The position numbers and the translations under genes are program-made. From a virus, in IMG/VR virus record IMGVR_UViG_3300042882_001046, positions 32,001 through 96,000 of that record: 64,000 nucleotides of DNA. One strand, given 5' to 3'. Positions 20,746 through 29,411 of this stretch are shown piece by piece. Positions within the stretch are counted from its first letter, which is position 1. Each line of letters starts with the position of its first letter. Below the pieces are notes generated by a model. That model did not search any database. It saw only the letters and a list, made by a program, of their open reading frames with translations, and had not been told where the DNA came from.

Positions 20746-21489
20746 TTACTCTTCTATTTTTCTCTCAACAGACAATTCTTTATCCAAGGCTTTATTTGAA
20801 CTATCAAACAATCTTTGAATATGTTCTGACCTTCTTAAGAATTTAAAAACCAAATTTTCATACGAAAGTTCTCCTTCTTTTTCTAATCCAGATTTTCTAT
20901 AATCTTTCAATTTTTCTTTAATGGAATCGATTAGTTTTTGATTATCTTCAGATTCTTCCGAATCTAAAACCTTGTCAATTTTTTCGGTCCAGTTTTTAAT
21001 TTTCTTTTCAAGAACTGATTTATCTATTTCGTTTTTAAACTTTTTTGGGTTTGTAACCCACTCATCATTCATTACTGAATAAACTCCTGTGGCAAAATGA
21101 GGTTCCTCATTGTCTTGAGCATATAACTCAACATCATATCCGTAAATCTTGATGTCGTGTTTATCATTAAAAACTTGTTTTTTTAAATTATATAATTCTT
21201 TATACAATGGAGCCTCATCTTCATATTGTTGTAAGTCAACAATGATGTGTAAATCAAAATCCGAAAACTCGGACCAGTTAAAATTGGCCAAAGAACCTGT
21301 TAAAACAATGTCCTCAACAAATACATCCTCACCTAAATAATTAATAAATTCTTCGGAAATTCGCATAAGAGCTTTCCTAACTTTAGGAACCATTGTTGCC
21401 TTTTCGGGGTCATTAGGATTTTCCCAAACTTTAGGGTTTAATGTTTTTTTTACCAAAAAACTATTAAGAATTTGTTGGAATTTACTCAT
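20746..21489 (-). CDS. Pol-beta superfamily nucleotidyltransferase
   Basis: LTGSLANFNWSEFSDFDLHI (GS..DxD) with a downstream DVELY acidic residue. Confidence 0.75.
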   Translation of the reverse strand: MSKFQQILNSFLVKKTLNPKVWENPNDPEKATMVPKVRKALMRISEEFINYLGEDVFVEDIVLTGSLANFNWSEFSDFDLHIIVDLQQYEDEAPLYKELYNLKKQVFNDKHDIKIYGYDVELYAQDNEEPHFATGVYSVMNDEWVTNPKKFKNEIDKSVLEKKIKNWTEKIDKVLDSEESEDNQKLIDSIKEKLKDYRKSGLEKEGELSYENLVFKFLRRSEHIQRLFDSSNKALDKELSVERKIEE

Positions 21490-21500
21490 TTATATAAATA

Positions 21501-21740
21501 CTATAGTTTTTTGTACTTAAACGCTTTTGAAATATCGGTGGTAAAGAATTTACCTTGAGATTCCGCCATTCTGAATTTGGTATAAATTTGGTGAGGTACT
21601 TCATCATATTCATACTTAAATCCGTTATTGAATTCAACAACAAGTTTTTTTGTCTCGGTGTCGTATTCGCTTTTTTTAATGTTTGAAGATTTTATCTCGT
21701 TAATAATCTTCGTTCCCTGAATCGTCTCTTTTACTATCAT
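21501..21740 (-). CDS. KTSC domain protein
   Basis: SSNI....YD...L.V.F..G..Y.Y..VP...Y..F..AES.GKFF signature. Confidence 0.85.
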   Translation of the reverse strand: MIVKETIQGTKIINEIKSSNIKKSEYDTETKKLVVEFNNGFKYEYDEVPHQIYTKFRMAESQGKFFTTDISKAFKYKKL

Positions 21741-22041
21741 ATAATTTCCAATCTTTGAGCGGCGTTAATTCATTTATTTTTTGAAGAAGTGGCATTACAT
21801 AATCCTGTACTTCTTTTTTAGTTGCATCGAATCCGTAATCTTTAACCGATGCAATGACTTTATTTAGTTTGTTTTGGAATCTTTCTTGTAAGTTCATCAT
21901 TTTCATCGTGTAAGTTGGAGGACTTTCTAAATCTGATTCACTAAATCCTAATTCTTGTAAATGTTGTCTAAGCTCCAAATATATGTCTAAAAGCTCTCTT
22001 AGTATAGACGCAGTTGCCAAAAATTTCTCAAACGGTTTCAT
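21700..22041 (-). CDS. Hypothetical protein
   Basis: Start moved to ATG 22041 (MKPFEKF), TATTTAT upstream. Confidence 0.55.
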   Translation of the reverse strand: MKPFEKFLATASILRELLDIYLELRQHLQELGFSESDLESPPTYTMKMMNLQERFQNKLNKVIASVKDYGFDATKKEVQDYVMPLLQKINELTPLKDWKLYDSKRDDSGNEDY

Positions 22042-22052
22042 ATTTAATAAAT

Positions 22053-22628
22053 ATGGACTACACCGATACTTTTCTATTACACGGTAAAATTGATGTTGAC
22101 CCAATCATAAAAATCATTACTGATAATAATTTGGATTGGGATGAATACACCGAAAGACAAAATAAATGGGGTACAGAACATCTATACACCAAAACAATAC
22201 CAATAATTTTTGACAAGTCTTTTAATTTTAATCATTTAAAAATTATTCCAACCGAAAATTATCCATTGTTTATTGACGAAATTTCAAAAATAGAAGAACA
22301 AATTAAATCAAACACAGGTGAAAGCGGAAAAATTATGAGAGCCCTATTGGTTAAATTAACGGCAGGTAAATTAATTAGACCTCACGTTGATACCGTAGGG
22401 TTTAGTTTAGTTGTTTGTAGAAGAATCCATATTCCAATTCAAACTAATGATGAATGTTTCTTTACTGTCGGTGATGATAAAAGAAATTTAAAGATTGGTG
22501 AAATGTGGGAAATCAACAACGACAAAAAAATGCACTCGGTTGAAAATTTTGGAAGTACTGACAGAATACATTTGATTGTAGATTGGGTTGAGGAATCATT
22601 ATTTGAAAAATATGATAGACAAAACTAA
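22053..22628 (+). CDS. Aspartyl/asparaginyl beta-hydroxylase-like 2OG-Fe(II) oxygenase
   Basis: IRPHVD, RIHIPI.TN, GEMWEINN..KMHSVEN and RIHLIVD motifs; start moved to 22053. Confidence 0.85.
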   Translation: MDYTDTFLLHGKIDVDPIIKIITDNNLDWDEYTERQNKWGTEHLYTKTIPIIFDKSFNFNHLKIIPTENYPLFIDEISKIEEQIKSNTGESGKIMRALLVKLTAGKLIRPHVDTVGFSLVVCRRIHIPIQTNDECFFTVGDDKRNLKIGEMWEINNDKKMHSVENFGSTDRIHLIVDWVEESLFEKYDRQN

Positions 22629-23277
22629 AAAACTTATTGTTTTGATGCCGCCCAAAACCGCATCAAATTCTATACGAGTCTTATTGGAGCAACATGGTTA
22701 CTTTTTTTCTAAAGACTCTAAAAAAACAAATTACCCCCAAATACATTTAAGGTTAAGTGAAATTGTGGATTTCTACAATATCAATAATTTAGACGAATAT
22801 AGAATAATACAAATTACCAGAAACCCATATCATCGGTACGTCTCGTCTTTTTACTTTCAAAAAAAAATTATCCCTCAAAACTTCTCTGTTAAATTTAAAG
22901 ATTATACTTTAGAACAATTTTCAAACCATTTATTGGAATCAAAAAAAACAAATAATTTTATTGATAATTTTTATGGTGATTCGTCATTTGTTAATCACAC
23001 AATTAATAATGGTATTAGTTGGGGTGGGACCAGATTTTATGATAAACAATTTGATTGGAATGATTTGGGGATGGACGTAAAATATTTTAAGTTAGAAAAC
23101 ATAATTGATGATATAAGTGAATTAGAAAATTTTTTAAATCTACCTATTAAAACTTTACCATTAATAAATTCACAAGGATTGAATGTTGATTATCTATCTT
23201 TAATAACACCAAAAATTCAAGATATTATTATTGAATTATTTGGAGAAGATTTTGATAAACTTAACTACTCAAAATAA
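22612..23277 (+). CDS. Sulfotransferase (Sulfotransfer_2-like)
   Basis: PKTASNS (5'-PSB) and RNPYHRYVSSF (3'-PB) motifs. Confidence 0.8.
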   Translation: MIDKTKKLIVLMPPKTASNSIRVLLEQHGYFFSKDSKKTNYPQIHLRLSEIVDFYNINNLDEYRIIQITRNPYHRYVSSFYFQKKIIPQNFSVKFKDYTLEQFSNHLLESKKTNNFIDNFYGDSSFVNHTINNGISWGGTRFYDKQFDWNDLGMDVKYFKLENIIDDISELENFLNLPIKTLPLINSQGLNVDYLSLITPKIQDIIIELFGEDFDKLNYSK

Positions 23278-23306
23278 AAAACCCCCGATATGTCGAGGGT
23301 TTAATT

Positions 23307-23687
23307 TTACTTTTTCAAGTTTTTAATTTGGTCTCTAAGCTCAATTGATTTTTCAAACTCTTGGTTTTCAATTGACTTCTTTAATTCCAATTCAAGTTTC
23401 TCAATAGATTTTTGATTTTTTTCAAAGCCTTTGATTTGGTCTCTAAGTTTAACTGCCGATTCAAAATCTTCGTTCTCAATTGCTCTTTCAAGTTGATACT
23501 TTAAAGATTCTAATCCTCCTGTTTCTTTAGATGAGTCTCCTCCTCTATAATAAGTTGTTACTTTTATTGTACCATCATCAGATACTCTACTTTGCGATTT
23601 CCATTCCCCTTGGGTTAAATCAAAATGAGAGAACATTTCATCAAACGCTCTAAAGATGTCATTGTAGTTTTTTCTGTTTCCAAACAT
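23307..23687 (-). CDS. UvrB/UvrC (UVR) motif protein with two UVR repeats
   Basis: LERAIENEDFESAVKLRDQIK and LKKSIENQEFEKSIELRDQIK. Confidence 0.85.
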   Translation of the reverse strand: MFGNRKNYNDIFRAFDEMFSHFDLTQGEWKSQSRVSDDGTIKVTTYYRGGDSSKETGGLESLKYQLERAIENEDFESAVKLRDQIKGFEKNQKSIEKLELELKKSIENQEFEKSIELRDQIKNLKK

Positions 23688-23759
23688 AATTTTATTTTTT
23701 TAATTCAGATTTATTAATTACCTTTGTGGTATTCAAATAATATACCAACTGAATCTTAA

Positions 23760-23803
23760 TGTCAAGATGTCAGGTAAAATAATTATAACCTGACAATTTG
23801 TCA
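23760..23803. promoter_or_regulatory. TGACA/TGTCA operator-like array between the divergent UVR and clpC genes
   Basis: TGTCA-aga-TGTCA at 23760-23772 and the palindrome TGACA-att-TGTCA at 23791-23803. Confidence 0.45.
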
Positions 23804-23857
23804 AAAGATTTGGAGAAGTCCAATATTTGATATTACTTTGTAAAAAATTAGAAACAT

Positions 23858-25873
23858 ATGAACGACTTAATGGACGATGACGACAAAATGATGAGTAAGA
23901 AACAGAAATCGACTGGCGACAGTACGACTCCTGTGTTAGACAACTTCAGTCGAGATTTGAATAAACTTGCTGAGGAAGGTAAATTGGACCCTGTCATTGG
24001 ACGTGACAGAGAGATTTTGAGAATAGCTCAAATTTTATCTCGTAGAAAAAAGAACAACCCAATCATCGTTGGTGAACCTGGTTGTGGTAAGACCGCAATT
24101 GTGGAAGGTTTGGCGATGAAGATTGTTAGTGGTGAATGTCCACGTAATCTTTTGGATAAACGTTTAGTCAATCTTGACTTAACTTCTGTTGTTGCTGGTA
24201 CAAAATACCGTGGACAATTTGAAGAGAGAATGAAGGTAATTATCGAAGAACTTCAAGCAAATCCTAACATCATTGTATTCATTGATGAAATCCATACTCT
24301 TGTAGGTTCTGGTAATTCTGCAGGTTCTATGGATGGTTCAAACATTTTTAAACCCGCACTTGCTCGTGGTGAAGTCCAAGTAATTGGTGCCACCACATTG
24401 GATGAGTTCCGTAAGAATATTGAAAAAGACGGAGCGTTAGAACGTAGGTTTCAAAAAGTTGTGGTTGAACCTTCAACTGTTGTTGAGACAATTCAAATCT
24501 TGAAAAACGTTCGCGACAAATATGAGTCTTATCATAAAGTCACGTATTCTGACGAGGTTATTGAAACTTGTGTTAAGTTGGCAGACCGTTATATCACGGA
24601 CCGTGAGTTCCCTGATAAAGCATTTGACATCTTAGATGAAGTTGGAGCTCGTATGCAAACAGAACTTAAAGTTCCTGAAGTTGTTGAAGAGTTAAAACGT
24701 AAAGCGGCTGAAATCAAACAACAAAAAATTGATGTTGTTAAGAAACAAAACTACGAACAAGCTGCTCAGTTAAGAGACAAAGAGAAAAAGGTATTGGATA
24801 AATTGGAGGATGAAAAACGTAAGTTTGAAGAACAGATGTCAAAAGACAAACAAAAAGTTACATTAGAGGATGTGTACGATGTTGTTTCAAACATGACCAA
24901 AATTCCTGTAAACAAAATGTCTGTTGATGATACCAAAGCTTTGTTGAACTTGGATAAACACATTGTTGGTACCGTAATCGGTCAGGACGCCGCTGTTATT
25001 AAAGTGGCTAAATCTATCAAAAGAAATAGATTGGGTATTAAAGACCCGAACCGTCCGATTGGTTCATTTGTGTTCCTTGGTTCAACAGGTGTTGGTAAAA
25101 CTCACTTGGCAAAACAATTGGCTAAGGAAATGTTTGGTAGCGAAGATTCATTAATTCGTGTGGATATGTCCGAGTACCAAGAGAAACACACCGTATCTAA
25201 ATTGGTTGGAGCCCCTCCAGGTTATGTTGGATACGAAGAAGGTGGATTGTTAACTGAAAAAGTTAAAAACAAACCATATTCAGTGATTTTATTTGATGAG
25301 GTTGAAAAAGCTCACAAAGATGTATTCACAGTATTACTACAAATCTTGGACGATGGTCACGTTACAGATAGTTTAGGTAGAAAGATTAACTTCAAAAATA
25401 CCTTAATTATCTTAACCTCAAACCTTGGGGTTAAAAAATTACAGGACTTTGGAACGGGTATTGGATTCGGTACAAACTCTTACAGTAATGAAGAGGCAAA
25501 AAAAGACATTTTGATGAAAGAGATGAAGAACTTCTTCTCTCCTGAGTTTATCAACCGTATTGACGATACTATTGTTTTTAACTCACTTTCTCAAGAAGAT
25601 ATCAAAAAGATTACGGATATCGAACTTAAAAAATTGATGAAACGTCTTGAAGATATGAAGTACAAGATTAATTATGACGATAGTTTAGTTGAGTACATTG
25701 CAAAAATTGGATATGATGAAAGTTATGGGGCAAGACCTATGAAAAGAGCAATCCAAGACAAAGTGGAGGACTTACTATCCGAAGAAGTTCTAACCGACAA
25801 AATTGTGGAAGGTAAATCTTACGTGATTAAGGTTGAGGACGAAACGGTAAAGGTCGTTAAAAAAGGACGATAA
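23858..25873 (+). CDS. clpC: ClpC-family AAA+ chaperone lacking the N-terminal domain
   Basis: Two NBDs (GEPGCGKT/FIDEIH and GSTGVGKT/LFDEVEKAH), M-domain YEQAAQLRD and IGF loop (GIGFG). The sequence starts directly before NBD1. Confidence 0.9.
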   Translation: MNDLMDDDDKMMSKKQKSTGDSTTPVLDNFSRDLNKLAEEGKLDPVIGRDREILRIAQILSRRKKNNPIIVGEPGCGKTAIVEGLAMKIVSGECPRNLLDKRLVNLDLTSVVAGTKYRGQFEERMKVIIEELQANPNIIVFIDEIHTLVGSGNSAGSMDGSNIFKPALARGEVQVIGATTLDEFRKNIEKDGALERRFQKVVVEPSTVVETIQILKNVRDKYESYHKVTYSDEVIETCVKLADRYITDREFPDKAFDILDEVGARMQTELKVPEVVEELKRKAAEIKQQKIDVVKKQNYEQAAQLRDKEKKVLDKLEDEKRKFEEQMSKDKQKVTLEDVYDVVSNMTKIPVNKMSVDDTKALLNLDKHIVGTVIGQDAAVIKVAKSIKRNRLGIKDPNRPIGSFVFLGSTGVGKTHLAKQLAKEMFGSEDSLIRVDMSEYQEKHTVSKLVGAPPGYVGYEEGGLLTEKVKNKPYSVILFDEVEKAHKDVFTVLLQILDDGHVTDSLGRKINFKNTLIILTSNLGVKKLQDFGTGIGFGTNSYSNEEAKKDILMKEMKNFFSPEFINRIDDTIVFNSLSQEDIKKITDIELKKLMKRLEDMKYKINYDDSLVEYIAKIGYDESYGARPMKRAIQDKVEDLLSEEVLTDKIVEGKSYVIKVEDETVKVVKKGR

Positions 25874-25874
25874 T

Positions 25875-25902
25875 AAAAAGGGGGATTATTCCCCCTTTTT
25901 TT
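25875..25902 (+). terminator. Intrinsic terminator after clpC
   Basis: GGGGGA-ttat-TCCCCC plus a T run. Confidence 0.8.
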
Positions 25903-25914
25903 GTATTTATAATC

Positions 25915-26523
25915 ATGAGTAATTTTTCAAAACTATTAGACCATTTTAGACAAAGTTTCCCAGACGAATTAAAGTCCAAGGTTGACGTTATTGAAAAATT
26001 TGTTGTTAACTATATTAAAAAACACAACATTACAGTTAAGTTTTTAAATTCGTGTGGTACTGGTTTTAGTGGGGTTAGAACAAGAGACCAAGTAATTATT
26101 TGCTCACCAGCAAACATGAGAACTATCGGTGATTTTTTATACACCATATTTCATGAAATTCGGCACGAACAACAAGTTAGGGATATAAAAATGGATAACC
26201 CACTTACTGATTACGATTTAGAAGATTTTGAAAAATTATATCAGCAATATTGGGAAATGGAGTTGGATGCCGACCAGTTTGCAAAAAATATGATTGCTAA
26301 ATTAGTTATTAAATTAAACATACCCATTTGGTTTGCAAAAGGTCAATTCGGACTATCTTATTATATTGAACAATATCCTTCTATGTCAAAATCAGTTGAG
26401 ATGTCTTTGAGGTCAATTGTGTCAACAATTCAACACCTAAAAAAATCGGGGGCCGAGTATGAAGACATACAAGACCACCCGATGGTTAAAAGGTTTATAG
26501 ATAAGTTAGAAAATTTTATCTAA
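25915..26523 (+). CDS. Putative zincin-like metallopeptidase
   Basis: HEIRH (HExxH) plus a downstream E.DA. Confidence 0.6.
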   Translation: MSNFSKLLDHFRQSFPDELKSKVDVIEKFVVNYIKKHNITVKFLNSCGTGFSGVRTRDQVIICSPANMRTIGDFLYTIFHEIRHEQQVRDIKMDNPLTDYDLEDFEKLYQQYWEMELDADQFAKNMIAKLVIKLNIPIWFAKGQFGLSYYIEQYPSMSKSVEMSLRSIVSTIQHLKKSGAEYEDIQDHPMVKRFIDKLENFI

Positions 26524-27369
26524 TTAGAATAACAAATCTCTATTGTTATAACTGTATTGTTTTGCTTCTTTAAAGTGTAGGGTGTGTCCCAAATCCTGAA
26601 TCATTTTTCTACCCATTTCAATCCCATTGAACACGTCATCAATAACGACATATTCATTTGGAGTGTGATAATCATAATACCCAATCGAGAAGTTAATACA
26701 AGAGAAGTCAAATTTACCTCTTAAGGCATAAACGTCAGTATATGGGTGAACCATGTATCTCATATCTTCATTAACCATTCCTTCGGTTAGGACTTTATCA
26801 ATTTTTTGGAAGAAGTCTGAATCTCTATCAAACAAAACTTGACCAAAACATTTTTCAGTAATCATCCAGTTTTCAGGGGCATCAAATTGGATTCCGTATC
26901 CAACATTTTCAAAAAACTTTGGGTCGGCAACTCTTGAGCCATGACATCCTGTTTCTTCAGATACAAAAAATGCTGCTTTTAGATATGGTAATTCTTTTAA
27001 TAATGTTAAACAAGCAAATACACCACATTTGTCATCACCACCAATACCAGTTGGTTTCCCCTCATTGTTATAGGCTTTGAGGGATGGTTTTAACACGTCT
27101 TGTGCGTTTGGTAACATCATTTCTTTGATGTTAATTGTATCAATATTGTGAACGGTGTCTGTGTGAGAAATTACACACGGGAAATAAAAATCTTCAGGTA
27201 GTTCTGAATTTTCTTGTTTTGTTGCATAGACATTCATTTTGTCATCAACATAATGGTCTATATTGTTTTCAGTCAACCAATTAACCAAGAATTCCACCAT
27301 TTGGTGTTCTTGATAGGTTTTTGTGGGTACACTTAAAACTTCTTTTAGAAGTGCTATTTTTTCTGTCAT
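26524..27369 (-). CDS. M20/M28 family metallopeptidase
   Basis: SHTDTVH, GGDDKCG, SEETG, D and H ligand motifs; TATCTTTG promoter element upstream. Confidence 0.85.
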   Translation of the reverse strand: MTEKIALLKEVLSVPTKTYQEHQMVEFLVNWLTENNIDHYVDDKMNVYATKQENSELPEDFYFPCVISHTDTVHNIDTINIKEMMLPNAQDVLKPSLKAYNNEGKPTGIGGDDKCGVFACLTLLKELPYLKAAFFVSEETGCHGSRVADPKFFENVGYGIQFDAPENWMITEKCFGQVLFDRDSDFFQKIDKVLTEGMVNEDMRYMVHPYTDVYALRGKFDFSCINFSIGYYDYHTPNEYVVIDDVFNGIEMGRKMIQDLGHTLHFKEAKQYSYNNRDLLF

Positions 27370-27389
27370 AGCACAAAGATAAGAATAAT

Positions 27390-28436
27390 TTATATTTCAT
27401 CCAAATTAAATAATGTTGGTTGATATAATAAATTATAAAAATTATCCTCAGACAATTTAACTTTTTTCTGTTGGAATCCTTTTTGTAGTATTACCACTAC
27501 TTTCATACCAGGGTATTCAAATCCTTCGATTTTGAATCTGGTTTCTTTTTTTGGGTCTTTAGGTAGATTATAAAATTTGTCTTGTTCAAATTTTTTAGTA
27601 ATTCTATCAGTCATTTCAGTGAAGTCGTGAACAGTAACTCCGTCTTCTCCTGGACCGTCTTCCAATTTTTCTAAAATATCATCTAATTTTCTCGAAGTAT
27701 AATTATTGAAACTTTCTGTGTCAAAATTATCGTCGTTCATATATTGATACGTGTCATCGGCCCAACCTCCTGGAGATGTTACGTTTCGTATTATATCATC
27801 AATCAAATCTTCAAGAGATAAGTGTATTTTATTTTCTTTTAAATACAACATTATCAGGTTAGCAACCGTGGTTCTGAATCCGTCACCATAAGATTCAAAC
27901 CCAAGTTGGTCCAAGAATTCATCAAATTCTTTATTAACCGAGTCTCTAGCACTTGTCCGAGCCTCACTGTTTCTTTCTGATTGATAATCTGAAATTATAT
28001 CTTCCGTTTCACGTCTAAAGTTAGTTAATAGTTTTTCTGAAAGTTGGTTTCTAAATTGTTCACTGTCAAAATCTACTTTAATTGGTAGAATTATCTTTGA
28101 AATTTGTGCGAGTTTTTCTTTATTATCATCATTCAAATTATAATATAGTCCCCAACCATTCTCAAAATCTTCTTTAGCCGAATGCCAATCCATAAATTCG
28201 TAATCACTATATGGAGAATTGATTACACGATAGAACCAACTGTCATCATCACTAAGACCCATCGCCTCTAAAAACTTTTCCTCGTTTTTAAACTCAACGT
28301 TAATCTTACTTTGACCTCTGTTCTGTCTATCTTCCCTTACTTCAGTGAATAACTCGTCCGCGTTTTCAAGTTCGTAAGCATTTATCTTACCTCTAACGTA
28401 GTTCCTTAAAGCAATGAATGTGTCTAATACCGCCAT
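27390..28436 (-). CDS. Hypothetical acidic protein
   Basis: 348-aa ORF, TATTTAT upstream. Confidence 0.65.
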   Translation of the reverse strand: MAVLDTFIALRNYVRGKINAYELENADELFTEVREDRQNRGQSKINVEFKNEEKFLEAMGLSDDDSWFYRVINSPYSDYEFMDWHSAKEDFENGWGLYYNLNDDNKEKLAQISKIILPIKVDFDSEQFRNQLSEKLLTNFRRETEDIISDYQSERNSEARTSARDSVNKEFDEFLDQLGFESYGDGFRTTVANLIMLYLKENKIHLSLEDLIDDIIRNVTSPGGWADDTYQYMNDDNFDTESFNNYTSRKLDDILEKLEDGPGEDGVTVHDFTEMTDRITKKFEQDKFYNLPKDPKKETRFKIEGFEYPGMKVVVILQKGFQQKKVKLSEDNFYNLLYQPTLFNLDEI

Positions 28437-28509
28437 ATGAATATAAATACAACTTCCACTTGGATTTAAACATATTTATACTTACCTTTGTAATGTTCTT
28501 TGAAAATAT

Positions 28510-28932
28510 GGGGATGAAATGGTATCGATTGGCATTGTTGGGGATAAGTGGCACGTAGTCAGAATTCATCTATGACTTTAATCTATGGTGAAGACAATTA
28601 GCTGGCAATACTTTTGCTAAGATGGCGACTTTAGGTTTAACTAGAGAAGCTTCTGTTGTAGCTGCCTAAGAGGTAGTCACAACCGTTACTCCAACCAAGT
28701 TGGTGTAACCTCGGGTCGATTAGGACGTTAACCTAGGAACAGAAGTCCAATATACGGGTCACAGGTCAGAGCTCGTTTAAAATAATTCTGAGACCAGGTT
28801 GTTTGTAAGTTTGGTTCCCACATACATCAAACTTAATATTTCGGAACGTTGAGAAACAACGTTGTACTAAACGTGTAGTCATTTATTGTCAAAGTGAGCA
28901 AGACGCGGGTTCGACTCCCGCCATCTCCACCA
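28510..28932 (+). ncRNA. ssrA: tmRNA
   Basis: Acceptor GGGGATG/CATCTCC-A-CCA with G3.U70, T-arm GCGGGTTCGACTCCCGC, tag ORF ending ...VAA-TAA (28604-28669), TACCTTTG promoter element at 28483. Confidence 0.92.
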
Positions 28933-28943
28933 ATTTAAATTTT

Positions 28944-29336
28944 ATGGGAGTAGATTGTAATATATGTAGCAACAAGTGTTTCGGGGTACCAGGGTACCAC
29001 GGAAGTTGTTGCACCATAGAGGACCGTGATTATATCATAGGTTCTCATCACGACACCCAAGAATTTATTGACTCTCTATCTAATAAATTTGGTAGAGAAG
29101 TTTCCTATAATGAAGTGTTTGTTGATTACGAAGAGGGAAAAACTTTATTCCCAAACAAATCAACTTGGCAAAATCCAAATAGCTATCCCGCACTTCGAGT
29201 TGATTTTTACAACCCAAGATTCCCATGTATTTTTTATAACACAAAAATTAAGGCGTGTTCTGTATACGACATACGTCCTAAAACCTGTAGAGAATACGAG
29301 TGTGATTATTTAAAGGAGCACACAACCAACATTTAA
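28944..29336 (+). CDS. YkgJ-family (CxxCxxCC) putative Fe-S/Zn cluster protein
   Basis: CNICSNKC..GSCC, CIFY..CSVY..RP.TCR.YEC. Confidence 0.8.
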   Translation: MGVDCNICSNKCFGVPGYHGSCCTIEDRDYIIGSHHDTQEFIDSLSNKFGREVSYNEVFVDYEEGKTLFPNKSTWQNPNSYPALRVDFYNPRFPCIFYNTKIKACSVYDIRPKTCREYECDYLKEHTTNI

Positions 29337-29411
29337 TAATTTCATAATACATTATTAATACACTTACAGACATACTTTCATAGTTATTGGGGAACTAATT
29401 TAAATAATTTT

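Noticed and set aside
23760-23803. CtsR or HrcA (CIRCE) operator
   Set aside because: Sequence and spacing do not match either consensus.
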